Shown here in pieces: positions 11,755 to 24,900 of a stretch of DNA of 64,000 bases. The position numbers and the translations under genes were made by a program. The DNA comes from Basidiobolus meristosporus CBS 931.73. Its lineage: Eukaryota > Fungi > Basidiobolomycota. Under the pieces are notes generated by a model. The model worked only from the letters and a program-made list of their open reading frames with translations. It was not told the DNA's origin and ran no database searches. Numbering within the stretch: position 1 is the stretch's first letter; every line of letters begins with the position of its first letter. Location: the NCBI GenBank assembly GCA_002104905.1, contig MCFE01000186.1, positions 62,001-126,000 on the forward strand, written 5' to 3'.

Positions 11755-12731
11755 ATGGAAGGTGATTTCGAGTCTTCTTCAAGCTCATCTTCCACATTAC
11801 TGTGTTCTTGGGACTCAATATGGTTGAAGGTTCTTGTTGGCTGGTGTCCATTTCTTCTCTGAGGGCAGTACTTTGCGATATGTCCCTGCTGGTGGCAATT
11901 GAAGCAAAGCCCTCTCTTTTTGCATTCTTCTGAGGAGGGATTCTTCTGCATAGCGTCTATTTCCATTGGTGCTACTTCTGATTGTCTTCTTTCATAATGA
12001 TTATAGCCTTTCTGATTAGTCACTGTAGGCTTCCCAACTCCAAGCATAGTTGAGTCATAGTCAATGGCAATCTTGATGGCTTCTTCAATAGTCTGAGGTC
12101 TTTGGTAATTGACTTCCTTGCAAGTTCTTTCTTTCAACCCATCAATAAAGTATTCAACTTGATCCAAGGGTCCATTCTTTCAATTTGTCTAAGTAGACAT
12201 CTGTACTCATAGATGTATTCTTGCACCATTCCTTTCTGTCTGAGTGTCTTTAACTTCCTTCTTAGTAGTGTCTGCTGGTGTGGAGGTTCAAAAGCATCCT
12301 GAATTTCCAACACAAACTCATCCCAGGTAGAGATTGTAGAGCATCCCATCATAGTGGCTGACCTGATCTTGTTGTGGTACCACTGTAAAGCTGCATCTGC
12401 CAGGTAAGAAGCTGCATAATGCAACTTGCTTCCTGGAGCAATTCCTTTAGCTTTAAAAGCTTCTTCAATCTGCAAAAGCCAAGTTCCCAGGTTTTCATTG
12501 ACTCTGCCATGGTACCGGTTGACCTTCACACTAAAGTTGCTCTTGACAGGGCTTTGCTGGCTCTGAACCATGGTAGTCATTCCTTGTTGCTGTTGGCTGA
12601 GGATCTGGAGTAACTGTTGTTGTTGGGCCAGGATTTGCTGCATGGCATTCTTCCATTGTTGATTGTTCGACATCTTGAGGGTGGTTTCTTCTTTCTTCAG
12701 GAGGGAGGTTTCTGGTTATTGCTGCTACCAA

Positions 12732-13099
12732 TGTTACAAGTCTTGGTATAAGAGTTGTAGAGGAATAGGGAGTTTAGCTAGTATTGTATTCACTAAAACT
12801 TGAACTGATTTTTATTGAGGTTCCAGCAGCTTGTTATACACATTTTGCCAGATCAATTGCTGACTAATTGTATTTCCTAATGTAGGTTGTGGCTGATGAC
12901 TCATTTGATTGCATCATCATCACCCAATAAGATCCTACTTAATATATATATTTCTGACTGATGAGGATCTGCTGATTCATTTGCTGACTAATGCTACTGA
13001 TTTCATAGATAATACTGATATACTGATAACCTAAACATATACTAATTTATTTGACTAAAAACTGATCTAACTTAAACATTCAAGTGGCAGGTCATAACA
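12732..13099 (-). repeat. 5' LTR of copy B
   Basis: Family LTR followed on the minus strand by the PBS and gag. Confidence 0.96.
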
Positions 13100-14661
13100 G
13101 GTCTTAAAAGCTTCTTAAATCTGGAAGAGCCAAGTTCCTAGGTTTTTGTTGACTCTGCTATTGTACCTGTCAACCTTTACACTAGAGTAGCACTTGACAA
13201 GATTTTGCTGGTTCTGAACCATAGTGAAGACTCCTTGCGGCTACTTGCTAAGGATCTGGAGTAGCCATTGCTACTGGGCCAGGATTTGCTGGGCAGCATT
13301 CTTTCATTCTTGATGCTGCGATATTCTGAGGGAGACTTCTTCTTTCTTCAGGGGGGAGGATTCAGGTGATAGCCACTACAATGTTACAAGTCTTGATATA
13401 AGAGTCATAGAGGAATACGGATTTCAACTAGTATAGTATTCTGTGGTGATGGAAAGTATTCCATTACTACATATCTCAATACCAATATTGCACTCATTTC
13501 TTTATTTTGCTTTTTGCTTATGTAACACACAATATAGAGATCAAGAATTTCCAACTTTGAAGGACAAATGCTCCAGACCCTGCCAAGCAATCTGCCCAAG
13601 AATACTATTTCAAGCAGAACAGGTTGAAGTCAACACATGTTTCAAATTGCAACTCATTTGAAGCAGTACCCAAGGAGTTACAATCAAAAGAGTCCAATTA
13701 TCATGTATACTAGGCCGCTATTGCTAGGATTACTATGGAGACTTCAATTGCATGTAACTTTCAAACCTGCCAATCACATCATATGAGATTTTCACAGGCA
13801 CTGCGCCCATGTTTGTTCTGCAACACTGCATGATTGTAGCCTTGCATCATGTTTATTGCTGGCGCCATTGCCTAAAAACTGTGATCCTTCAGAATTTGTA
13901 TATATGACTTCCCCAGCTGAAAAATAAAGGAGAGCCTCACTCTCCAGAATCTCCACACTACAATTACAAGTTTAAAGGTTATGAGACTTCCCCTGCATCA
14001 ATTTCACTGTTGAGTACTCTGACTCTGATTGGTGCTGCAACAGTAAAGAGACTGCAAAGCCCACAAGAATTCAATCTAAGCTCTACAAAAAAACTGCTAC
14101 TTTTCTGTTTGAAAAGTCCCCTCTAAGAGGCCCCTTTACACTGAAGACACCCCTTTAGTTCTAAAGACTCCTTTAGAGACTTCTACACCACACCCCTTAA
14201 GCCTAAGATTGAGAATATTAGTGCATGCTATATCTTCTATTGGTATATCAAACTCACAATGAACTATTTCAGTATTTGCTTACTGGAAGCTGTTGTATAT
14301 TGTTGACTAGCCTCTACATTGTAGAACAAGCCACAAATCAATCATAATACAGCACAACAACTCACTAAAACTTGAACTGATATATATATTAAGGTTCCAG
14401 CAGCTTCTTATAAACATATTTGAGATCAAATGCTGACTAATTGTATATGCTAATGCAGGTTGTGGCTGATGACTCATTTGATTGTATATTCATCGCCTAA
14501 TTAGATCTTACTTAATATTCCTATTTCTGTCTGATAAGGATCTGCTGATTGATACTACTAATTTGATAGGTAACACTGACCTAGTGAATGGCTAAACATA
14601 AATCCAATTGATTTGACTAAAAACTGATCTGACTTTGATATTCAGGCAGTAGATTATAACA
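13100..14661 (-). mobile_element. Old diverged Gypsy relic D: gag start (13100-13381) and interrupted 5' LTR (13382-13440 + 14360-14661)
   Basis: Diverged matches to family gag and LTR (tgttacaagtcttgatataagag...; ...cactaaaacttgaactga...ttataaca). Confidence 0.85.
13441..14359. mobile_element. ~919-bp solo-LTR-like insertion of another family inside LTR D
   Basis: TGT..ACA ends, flanked by ATTC/ACTC (4-bp TSD, one mismatch); removal restores the family LTR. Confidence 0.65.
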
Positions 14662-14699
14662 GTAGCATGTCATCTGCTGACTTCATCTTTACATTGAAG

Positions 14700-15960
14700 G
14701 GCCTTCTTTTTAAATAAAACTTGCTTGTTACTGGCTCTCCTCTTAAGATCTTATACAAGGATTCCCCTACTGCTTTGGTAGTATTAGAAAATGAGTTTGT
14801 TCAAGTAAAGAATCTTGCACCTTGTTACATATGGCATTAACAGCATTTCTCTCCTTCTTTTGAAACTTCTCAGCTCCTACTGCTGTTCTAAATGGTTCAA
14901 TTTCCTTACCTGTTACTGTATTGCAAAGCTATTTTGCTGCAAGGTAGATCTGTATCTCAATTCTCCAAAACCTGCAGTTCTTCCAATAAGCCTCCCCTTC
15001 CCAGGGAGGATGTTTGTGTTACACTGTTTGCTGATAGATGTCATCTTTAGACAGACTAAGACAATCAGGACTGATTGCTTGTTGCAATTTAAGAAGTGTT
15101 TTGAATATAAGAGACTTATAAGGAAGTAGTGATAACAATTAAGCTGCTCTTTATTCATAAATATACTCAGTATTGAATTCTTTGTAGATGTAATACAACT
15201 GTAACACGGATTTAGGAGAGGTTCTCAATGGTCAGGAGCATTTTGCAATAGTATAAGGGTTTATATGTATATGATGTTATATATAAGTGCTGATTTAATC
15301 TTTACTATAGGGGAATATTCATAGGATCATATATCTGAGGGAAAGTGGCAAAGTCAAGGTTATAAATGAGTCCTACAGTGACTAACACTTGTCCAGAATT
15401 GTGAAGTAAACCTTTAGCTTTGGAATAATGCAAAATTACTCATCATTCAGACAAGACTCAACTGTCAATGCTGCAGATCAAGTATTTAAAAATTTGATAC
15501 ATTGCCCTAGAATCAATGGATGTGGTAAACACAACAGGACTCCATCAGTAGTTCATTGCATTTGACTTGCTCAGTTTCTGATATTGAGCCATGCAAAGAT
15601 GCCTCCTGGGACTTCAACATTACAATTATTAAGTTCAGTGTGATGCTACATTCTGTTCTGACACTATGCATGATAAATGTGAGCCTGATAGAGCTCTTTT
15701 GTTAAGTCCTGTAATACTTCAACCCTACCAATCAGCTGACTCTGCTTTGTCATTAAATAGCCATCATCTATTCTCAACTGAGAAAGTGCATGTTTCAATG
15801 GCCTACCTCTCAACCATGGGTTATCCTTAAGATAAACAAGTTTCATATGACTATAATTGGGGGAGCAATGTGACTTTTAGCTGTCTTAGTAAATGGGGTC
15901 ACCAGTAAGCAAGTGTGCTCTTGGGTAGTGTTGCCACAAATAGGATAACCAAGGGCATTA
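14700..15960. repeat. Unclassified decayed repeat sequence
   Basis: Very low CpG; ~14930-15110 weakly resembles ~19380-19560; no recognisable domain. Confidence 0.35.
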
Positions 15961-16019
15961 TAGCAATGTCTGTTACAATGCAGCTGGCATAGAAGATTAA
16001 ATCACATCCAATTATTTAT

Positions 16020-16755
16020 TAGACTTGTTCCATTAGAAAGTGCCACATTGAGCCATGAGTGCCAAATGATGCCAAAGTGTGCCAGAGAGGCCAATTGAGC
16101 CTCTACCTGGCCACAGGGTGTGAAACATAGCTCCGCATCTTCATGCAAAGCAGCCCCAGTGTTTCACCCATTATGTTAGAGAAAATCCATTTTTTGACCT
16201 TTTTTTTTGGATCAATGTTGTGCAGGATATGTTAGAGCAGAGGCAGATTGAAGATATGCATCTGGTACTCAATACCCATGGCACTCTGAATTTAGCTCCT
16301 GTAGCTTGTATCATGTCACAAAAATGAATGGCACTATCTTGGTCCACTGGTACTATTTGGCACTATATTTAAATATTAGCCCTAAAGTAAGATCTATACA
16401 AAGCACTTATAGTGCCAGTTAGTAACAGTGGACCAAGATAGCACCATTCATTTTTGTGACATGATACAAGCCACAGGAGCTAGATTCAGAGTGCCATGGG
16501 TATTGAGTACCAGATGCATATCTTCAGTTCTCCTGTGCTCTTACACATCCTGAGCTACATTGATCCACAAAAAAAGGTCAAAAAATGGATTATCTCCTGC
16601 GCAATGGGTGAAACACAGCGGCTGCTTTACATGATGATGCAGAGCTATGTTTCACACCCTGTGGCCAAGTATAGGCTCACTTGACTTCTTTGGCACACTA
16701 TGGCATCATTTGGCACTCATGGCTCAATGCGGCACTATCCAACGGAACAAGTCTA
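16020..16755. mobile_element. Foldback/MITE-like palindrome (~348-bp arms, ~40-bp spacer)
   Basis: 16020-16367 is the reverse complement of 16408-16755 with scattered mismatches; a further copy of one arm end lies at ~34484-34620. Confidence 0.85.
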
Positions 16756-18159
16756 TTGCACATTTTGTTATAATACTGCTAGCAATACAATGCTTACTAT
16801 ATAAGAGTATCATACAAATTCAGAGCTCAGTTAGTGGTAGTTCTCTAAACTTGAACTAATATGTGTTATTATTATTGTGATGACCCTGGCAATGGCCATC
16901 ATAAATACTGAATCTTGTGATTAAGAGGTATTGATGCATATAAAACTTCAGCCAAGGTTTTATGAAAGAAGCTCACCTAATATTTTACATGAAAATTTGT
17001 CAAGGCATTTCATCACAATGGTCTCAAGGAGCTGTTGGAACCATAAAAAAGTTGACTCAGGCTCCAGTTAACAGAATCCTAGTTAAGCTCCCTATTGCAC
17101 TACAACTCTTATCCCAAGCCTTCAAGCGGACAAATAGACCCAAGGAAAGTGCCAAAGTAAGGGCCATAAGCAAGTTCTGAAGAGACCAAGACTAGTCCAG
17201 AGTTGTTAAATCAGTTCTTAATTGCTGGATAACATCAAATACTTATATCTTTCAAGTCTTTAACATCAAATGTAGCCCTGTGCAAAGCAATCATGCAACT
17301 TATGCTATCTTGTTCTTATAGGTCCATTTGTATTCCATTGGATTTCTTCTATTTACTGTGTCTCCCAGTTCTCAGGTTTTTGCCTTGATTAGCACTTGGT
17401 GTTCCTGCTGCAAGACATATTGCCAAATATTAGCTTCCAATATCCTTGTATGTTGCTTTGGACTCTGAGGTTTTGCACACAATTAGGTTCCTGAGCATCA
17501 GTGGATGTCCAACACACAGATCAAAGTGCATCCTGTATAGAGTTAGATCTTCTAGCTTAGAGAATCTATTCTGATCTAAGAAATAATAGAATTTGTATAT
17601 ATATCTGGCTGTATCAGGTATTTATTATCTTCATCAGTGGTGAGCTCAACATAGGTTACTGACCTACAATGTCAGCTGCTTTCTGGCCTAATATCTCTTC
17701 TAACACAAGGCCCATGTATATGTTTCAGAGACTGTTAAATTGGGAAGTGCTGTTGTTAGGAGTCTATCCTTGATGTACACTGCAGTAGCAATATATTCAT
17801 CACAAATGTTATAGGCCTTTCACCTGACATGTAGCACAAGTCTATCTATATTCATTATTATTGTGTTTGTAAGCTCTGCTACTCTGTTTGCTGTGAGGTA
17901 TATGAAATGGTACTCTGATATTATATACTCTCAGTTGGCCTGTACTTTGCAAGCTTGTTAAAGCAGTATTTCCCACCATTGCCACATTGAAGTATCATAA
18001 GGCTGCACCCAGTGTGGGAAGCTGCCATACTGTTGAAGTGCTTGTGTGCCCATAGAGCCTCATCTAAGCTCTTAGAAAATATTTACATATATAGCTTGTC
18101 TGGTCATCTATAAGCATCAACAAGCATCTCTTGGCTCTAAACCAAGAAGAAAAATTGAG

Positions 18160-18455
18160 AAAAGCCCAGCAAAATACTATCATAGTATCAGCTGAATTCC
18201 AAGTTTCTTAAAATTGACAACTCTCAATATCTCTGCTCTTAGCTGATAGGCAGGTAAGCAAGCAAATTCTACAGAAGGAGACTAGTCCTACTAGCATTTA
18301 TAGCAAATTTGGTAATTAGCTGCCCATTACTTCCATCTAAATTGCATTTGAAATTTTGCACCTAAACACTAGCTGAATACAGCAAAATATCATTTGAATA
18401 CTAGTAGAGTACCAGCTAAAAATTAGATGAATTCTAAGTTTGAAATTCTTCATGG
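18160..18455 (+). repeat. Short dispersed repeat (copy 1)
   Basis: Similar to 54345-54650 and 55560-55630 (ccagca.aatac...atcagct.aattccaag). Confidence 0.7.
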
Positions 18456-20432
18456 GGTCTAACAAACAGTTTCTCATAAGCCCTTGTATGAATGAATATA
18501 ATAAAGCTACTATTGTGATGGTCTTGATGCCTCCTGATCTCAGAAATTATGTCTAGCTTGTTTGTTGTAGTAACATCCCTGCCAGATTCTCAACTTCATT
18601 AAAATTCCATAATTCAGTCCTAACACAAGATGTGTTTTACTGTTTAGCTCATTTCCTGTTCCCCAGAGGTTCTAGCCTTCAATGCTGTAATTCCCAGTCA
18701 GTGGCTTCAGTTTCAGCAAAGTTAGCATTATAAAGCACAATGCTCTTGTATTGCCACTAATGTTTGTTGATATCTCTGTTCCTCAAAGCTGCTTTTTATC
18801 CATTTTTTCTCAAAATTATGCATCTGAGCAGTAGTAATTTGAGCAGTCCAGCTTTCCTCAGTTCTGTAGCTTTCCCTTCCCTTGTTTATGCAATTCTGAA
18901 CTCAATATGTCATTATATTTGACTTTCTCTACTTGGTCATTATATCCCTACTCTGTATGAGAAAGCTTTGCTTTGTCATAGTACAAGGTAATATTGTCTT
19001 CTCTGCCTTCAAATATAAGTATAAATAGCTCACTCTTCTCTGGTAAGCTGCATGTTACACAGAGTAACTTTTTGTCATCATCTACACCAGCTATGACACC
19101 ATAAGATTCCTATACATATCTCTCCAATTTGGTAAAGAATGGTAGCATAAAACACTGTGACTACTTCCTCCTGCTGGATAGCTCTCCTTTTAACAAAGGC
19201 TAGTTTGAGGCCAATGTTGCACTAAAGATCATTTTCAAGGACTCCTGGATCTTTTGGCTGTGGTGGAAAAATAATGTTCTGTAAGAAGTATTGCCAATTA
19301 ATACATAGAGCAGTAAAGTGCTTTCTGGCCATTTTTTGGAACCACTCCATATTTTCTGCTGTCTTGTTAAATTCTTCTGCTTATCTTGTTTCTGTACTTC
19401 AAGGCTTTCTTTCTTGAGTTCTTGAAGGCCTGTAGCTTTAACCATTAAATATCTCCTTTGAAAGGAAGATGTTTGTGTTATTCTGGTAGCTGGTAGAAGT
19501 GATCCTTTAACTAGACATAGGCAATCAGTGCTCAAAACCTGTTGCAACATAAGAGATGCTTGAATGCCATAAATCTAACAAGAAATAGTGATAGTAGTTG
19601 AGCTGATGTTTATTGGTAAGCAGCTCAATATCAATACTTATTTAAATGCAAAACCACCTCAACACTGTATTTGGAGAATTTCTCAATATTCAGGAGCATC
19701 TTGTGATGGTTTCTGTTGCAACTTAAGATTTGCTTTGGATATAAAGAGCTTATCAAGGAATAGTGATATTAGTAGGATGTTTGCTTATTCATAAAGCCCT
19801 ATGAAAAATTATTGAGATGATCATGTCAAAAGGCCATCACAAAGTTAATGTCCCGTGACTAAGAGGTACTGATCTTATCAGGACACCATCCAGAGACCGT
19901 TGAAAAATAATGCACCCCAGATTTCACAAAAAACTTAGTCAAAGTTTTTCATCATAACAATGTATAAGTGACTTTTGTTTGATTCCCTGCCAATTTGCTC
20001 ACTTTCTGATCCTGGACACTCTATTGCCTCCTACATTTGTGTGAATTGATTGGCTATTGCCTCTTTTTCACACTCCTTACTTCCTGACTCAACCATTTCT
20101 CTTACTTTTCATGCATACAAGTTGATTTATTTCCTTTGAAACTTCAGTTGTACCTCAATTGCCAATTGTATTGACCTATACAAGTCTCTATACCCTACAC
20201 TAACATTTAGCCTAACCCCATACTTAACAAGTAATTCCATTAAAATCCACAACTCAATAAGTATTTCTGCTGTAACACTCTGGTTCCACAACTTTGGCAG
20301 GAACTCAATGGCTTTATGCCACTGTTCATTCACTGGTTCCTACACATCCTGGTCTTCAGCTGGCACTGCAAGGTCTAGCTCCTCATCTGCCAGCCTTTGC
20401 AATAAATCCTTGCAATATTCCAGTGTGTTCTC

Positions 20433-21529
20433 TTAAACACTGCTCTTGAAGAAGTGCTGCAACCTCTTGGTGTGCCTATTAATGTTCCAAAACTCCACTG
20501 AAGGCATTGTGATAGTCTTTTGGGTTCTTGTTGTTGTAGCCTTGTCTGTCAGTGGCATCTCCACTCTGTCAACAATGGCGGCTGTGGTAGACAAATTGTC
20601 ATTTTCAGCAAACTCATCTACCTTGCTGGAGTGTAGCTCAACTGGCTGCGCTTCCAACTCTTGTGAAAACAGCTGTTTTCTTGTTGGTAATTCTTCTTGG
20701 CTATGATGGGATTCAGTCTGTTCCTGGCTTGTGGTGTTAATTGGCAAGAACTGCAGTTTTTTTTGCATGCCTCCCTGTCTCAGGCTTGGGTAGACATTTT
20801 TCCCTCTACCTTTTCCTTTATCACTGCCAGGTCTTTCACTGCTACTTTGTCTGAGTGCTTCTTGTATGGAACTACATTTTCTCCTGAATAAATTCTACTC
20901 TGATGCATCTGTTTTGGCCTGCTTGTCCCTTGCTGGCACTCTTCTGGCAACCTGACATTTCTTTTCAGCTTGCTTTGAGCTCTCAACTGTAGTTGTGATG
21001 GGCTCCTGTAAAAGCAGCTGGTTCTCATCACCGCCAGGTCCTTCACTGCTACTTTGACTGGGTGCTTCTTCAGTGGTAATATGCTTTTTCCTTGATAAAT
21101 GTAGTGCTGGTGCATCCAAGTCTGCCTGCTTGTCCTTAATTGCCACTCTTTCAGCTGCTTGACATCTCTTTGATGCTTGTCTGGAGCTTTTGGCCCTGCT
21201 TGTAACAGGCTCTTGAGGAAGCTGCTTGTTTTCAGCCATGGCACCCTTTTTCTTCTGCCTTTGATAGTTTCTGCTATTCTTAAGACACTTTCTTAGCATA
21301 ACAATGCTGGCCCAAAATCTGTTTGCCTGCTTGAATCCAGGATAATGCTCATGGAACAAGTCAAGTGCATTCTGCTTGGCCTTGAGTTCCTGATGGTCCC
21401 ATGGTATGCCGGCCTTAAGATGATGGCATGCTAGACTTCTGACGGCCTCTGGTATATTAGCCCACTCTTTATTATTGCACTCAATGGCTTCATGGATCTT
21501 CAAAGTCTTTTGATTTTTAGGCTTTGGTA
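20433..21529 (-). pseudogene. 3' part of a transposon accessory ORF (candidate CACTA TnpA-like), split by Gypsy copy C
   Basis: In frame with 26474-27041 across the CAAA TSD; one internal TAG at 20895; 207-bp internal duplication. Confidence 0.6.
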
Positions 21530-21913
21530 CAAATGTTACCAGTCTTGGTATAAGAGTTGTAGAGGAATAGGGAGTTTAGCTAGTATTGTATTCACTAAAA
21601 CTTGCACTGATTTTTATTGAGGTTCCAGCAGCTCCTTATATACATTTTGCCAGATCAATTGCTAACTAATTGTATTTCCTAATGTAGGTTGTGGCTGATG
21701 ACTCATTTGATTGCATCATCATCACCCAATAAGATCCTACTTAATATACATATTTCTGTCTGATAAGGATCTGCTGATTCATTTGCTGACTAATGCTACT
21801 GATTTCATAGATAATACTGATATACTGATAACCTAAACATATACTAATTGATTTGACCAAAAAAACTGATCTAACTTAAACATTCAAGCGTCAGATCATA
21901 ACATTCTCCCCTA

Positions 21914-24900
21914 CTAAAGTTGAGAGGGTTCTCCTGACTCTCTTTTCTTGTGATACCAATATCTTGATGGTTCAGTATTATCAGCAAGTCTTGCAAGCTT
22001 GAGTCTGTCCCTATGCACTAAGTCTTCCCGGATATTGCCTTGTTTGTCCACCAGTTGGTAAGTTGCAAATGGACATTCTCTGATGATCTTAAATGGTCCT
22101 GTCCATTGTGGCTCAAACTTCTTCCAAGTGTTGTTTCTTAGCAACACAAAGTTCCCAACTGTCAATGCTTCTGGTGTTATAGTCTTATCAAATCTCTGCT
22201 TCATCTTTTCTGCACTTTGAGATACTTTGGTCTGTGCCTCTTGACGTCTTTGTTCCAGTTGCTGGTGTCTACTTGGCTGACTGAGTTCATCTTCTAAGGT
22301 GTCTCTAAGTTTTGGTTGTGTGAGATCTCCTGGAATCCTTGGTTCACATCCATAAACTAAGTAAAATGGTGATTGCTGGGTGGTGTTGTGTACTCTGACT
22401 CTGCATGCAAAGAGTGCTTGGTCTATATACTCATCCCATCTACTGACAACTCCATTTGCATACTTGGTCAGCATTTTTCCAAATAGTCCCTTAAACCGCT
22501 CAGTGACTCCATTAGTTCTGGGGTGATATGCCAAGGTTTTCAAGTGTCTGATCTGCTGCATTTCCAGGTAAGCCTCTAATGTCTTTGCCATAAAGTTTGC
22601 ACCTCTATTGGATAAGATCTCCACAGGGCATCCAAACTTCATCAGGATCTCATGGTAAATGAAACTTGCAACTTCTTGTTCACTGGCTATTGGTACAGCT
22701 TTAGCAACTGGCCATTTAGTGGCATGGTCAATTGCTACTAGGATCCAACAGTTGCATTTCCTGGTAGTTGGCAGTCTTCCAATAAAGTCAATTCCCCATC
22801 TCTCAAATGGTCTTACAGGCTCCAAAGGGAAGAGTTTGGCAATTCTTTGTGGCTGGCCTTGATTGATTTGGCAGTTTGGGCATGTTTTTACTAGCTTCTC
22901 AATGTCTTGTTTCATTCTGGGCCACCATGCTCTGGCTTTTACAAGGCTATAGGTTCCTTCAATCCCAAGATGTCCATATCCATTGTGTAGCTTATGTATT
23001 AAATCCAGGCAAGCAACATAAGGACAATAGGTAATAGGGCTTCCATAAACAATTTGGTAGAGTGTTTCATCCTGTACAACAAATTTGCTGGCTTCATCAC
23101 AGATTATCTTCTTAATATCTTCATCCACCTCATTAGGAATGACTTGGTCCTCCAAGTACTTTGGTAACAGGCTAGGCCAATCTGATTGATGTATCAAGTT
23201 GAGTTGTGGAACTTGATCTAATCTTGATAAGGCATCAGCAACCATGTTGTTTTTTCCAGGACAGTAGACAATCTCCAGGTCATATTGCTGAATGTATTCA
23301 CTCCATCTTGTCATTCTTCTAGAGAGTACCTTCTGAGTAAATATATGCTTGAGGGAGGCATGTTCAGTCTTCACAGTGCATTTGACTCCTTCAATATAGC
23401 ATCTCCATGTCTTCAAACAGTGTATTATAGCAAGCATCTCCTTCTCATGGACTGGATAGCTTTTTTCTGCTGAGTTCAGCTTCTTTGATTCAAAGGCAAC
23501 AGGGTAGTCCTGTCCCTTGTGTTCTTGGCTCAGCACTCCACCAATTGCATAATCTGAAGCATCTGTACACAGAGTGAACTCTTTTCTGAAGTCTGGTATT
23601 CTTAAGCTTGGCAGCTTAGCAAGTTCATTCTTGAGCATCTGGAAGGCAGTCTCACAAGCTATGTCCCACTTGTAGGTATTGTCTTTCTTGAGGATATCAG
23701 TTAAATTGGCTGCAATACTTGCAAAAGACTTGACAAATCTCCAATAATAGGAAACCATTCCAAGGAATGATCTGAGTTCTGATATGCTATAGGGCTGCTT
23801 CAAATTCTTGATTACTTCCACCTTCTTGGGGTCTAAGGTTACTCCTGTGCTAGTCGCTATGTGTCCCAGATATTCTACGTGTTCCTTGAAGAATTCACAC
23901 TTGGGTAGCTTGCCATAATGCTTGTTCTCTCTTAGTTTCTTCAAGACCTTTTCAATGTGCACCAAGTGATGCACTTCTGTCTTGCTGTATATCAGTATAT
24001 CATCTAGGTAGATTATGACAAACTTGTCTAAGTACTCCTGGAAGACAGTCTGCATCAGGGTCATGAAAGTTGCAGGGGCATTGGTGAGGCCAAAACTCAT
24101 GACTAAGTACTTGTAACGTCCATATCTGGTCCTGAATGCTGTCTTAGGGATGTCTTCTGGCTTCACCCTAATCTGGTTGTATCCTGACATGAGGCCAATC
24201 TTGCTGAAAATAGTGGCTCCATTAAGTTGGTCCAAAAGCTCATCAATCCAAGGTATGGGGTACTTATTCTTGACGGTAACTAAGTTCAGGGCTCTGTAGT
24301 CAATGCACATCCTAAGTGTTCCATCCTTCTTTTCCACAAAAAGCACTGGTGCTCCCCAGGGTGACTTGCTAGGCCTGATATATCCTTGCTCCAATAGCTG
24401 ATCAATTTGTCTCTTCATTTCCTCCAATTCCAATGGACTCATTCTGTAAGGTGTCTTGCTCACTGGAGGGCTATCTCCTGTGTCAATGGCATGATCCACA
24501 TCTCTGACTGGTGGTAAGCTTACAAGCTCATCTGGAAACACTTCTGAATATTTCTTCAAGAGAGTCTGGACCTGCTGTGGTGCTGGGGTAGCGGAATCCT
24601 CCTGTAATACAGCCATGAGGAACATCTGGGTACCTTTTCTAAGTGCTCTACAGAACTGGGTCTTGCTAAGTTCACTTGTCTCACACATTCTGGAATTGAC
24701 CAAGCTGAAATCCAGCCTGGCAGGTAATAGCTCATAGGTCTTGTTGTCCTTTTGGATCTGAGTTGCATGGGTTCTCCAGTTGACTGATGGATTACAACAA
24801 AATAGCCATGTTTTTCCAAGTACAAGGTCAAACTTGTAGTTCCCAAATATATAAGCCTGTAGGTCTTCTTCATAGTCATTGATCTTCATTCTTACTGGCT

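Larger units (their letters stand above)
9439..13099 (-). mobile_element. Ty3/Gypsy copy B (both LTRs, two internal in-frame deletions)
   Basis: LTRs 9439-9806 and 12732-13099, PBS, PPT, frameshifted gag (12134..12673, 11751..12167), 645-aa PR-RT-partial IN ORF 9817..11754; no TSD found. Confidence 0.95.

Noticed and set aside
17200-19800. Identifiable LINE, Helitron or hAT ORF in the decayed region
   Set aside because: Translated fragments such as 19200..19550 show no motif I can assign.
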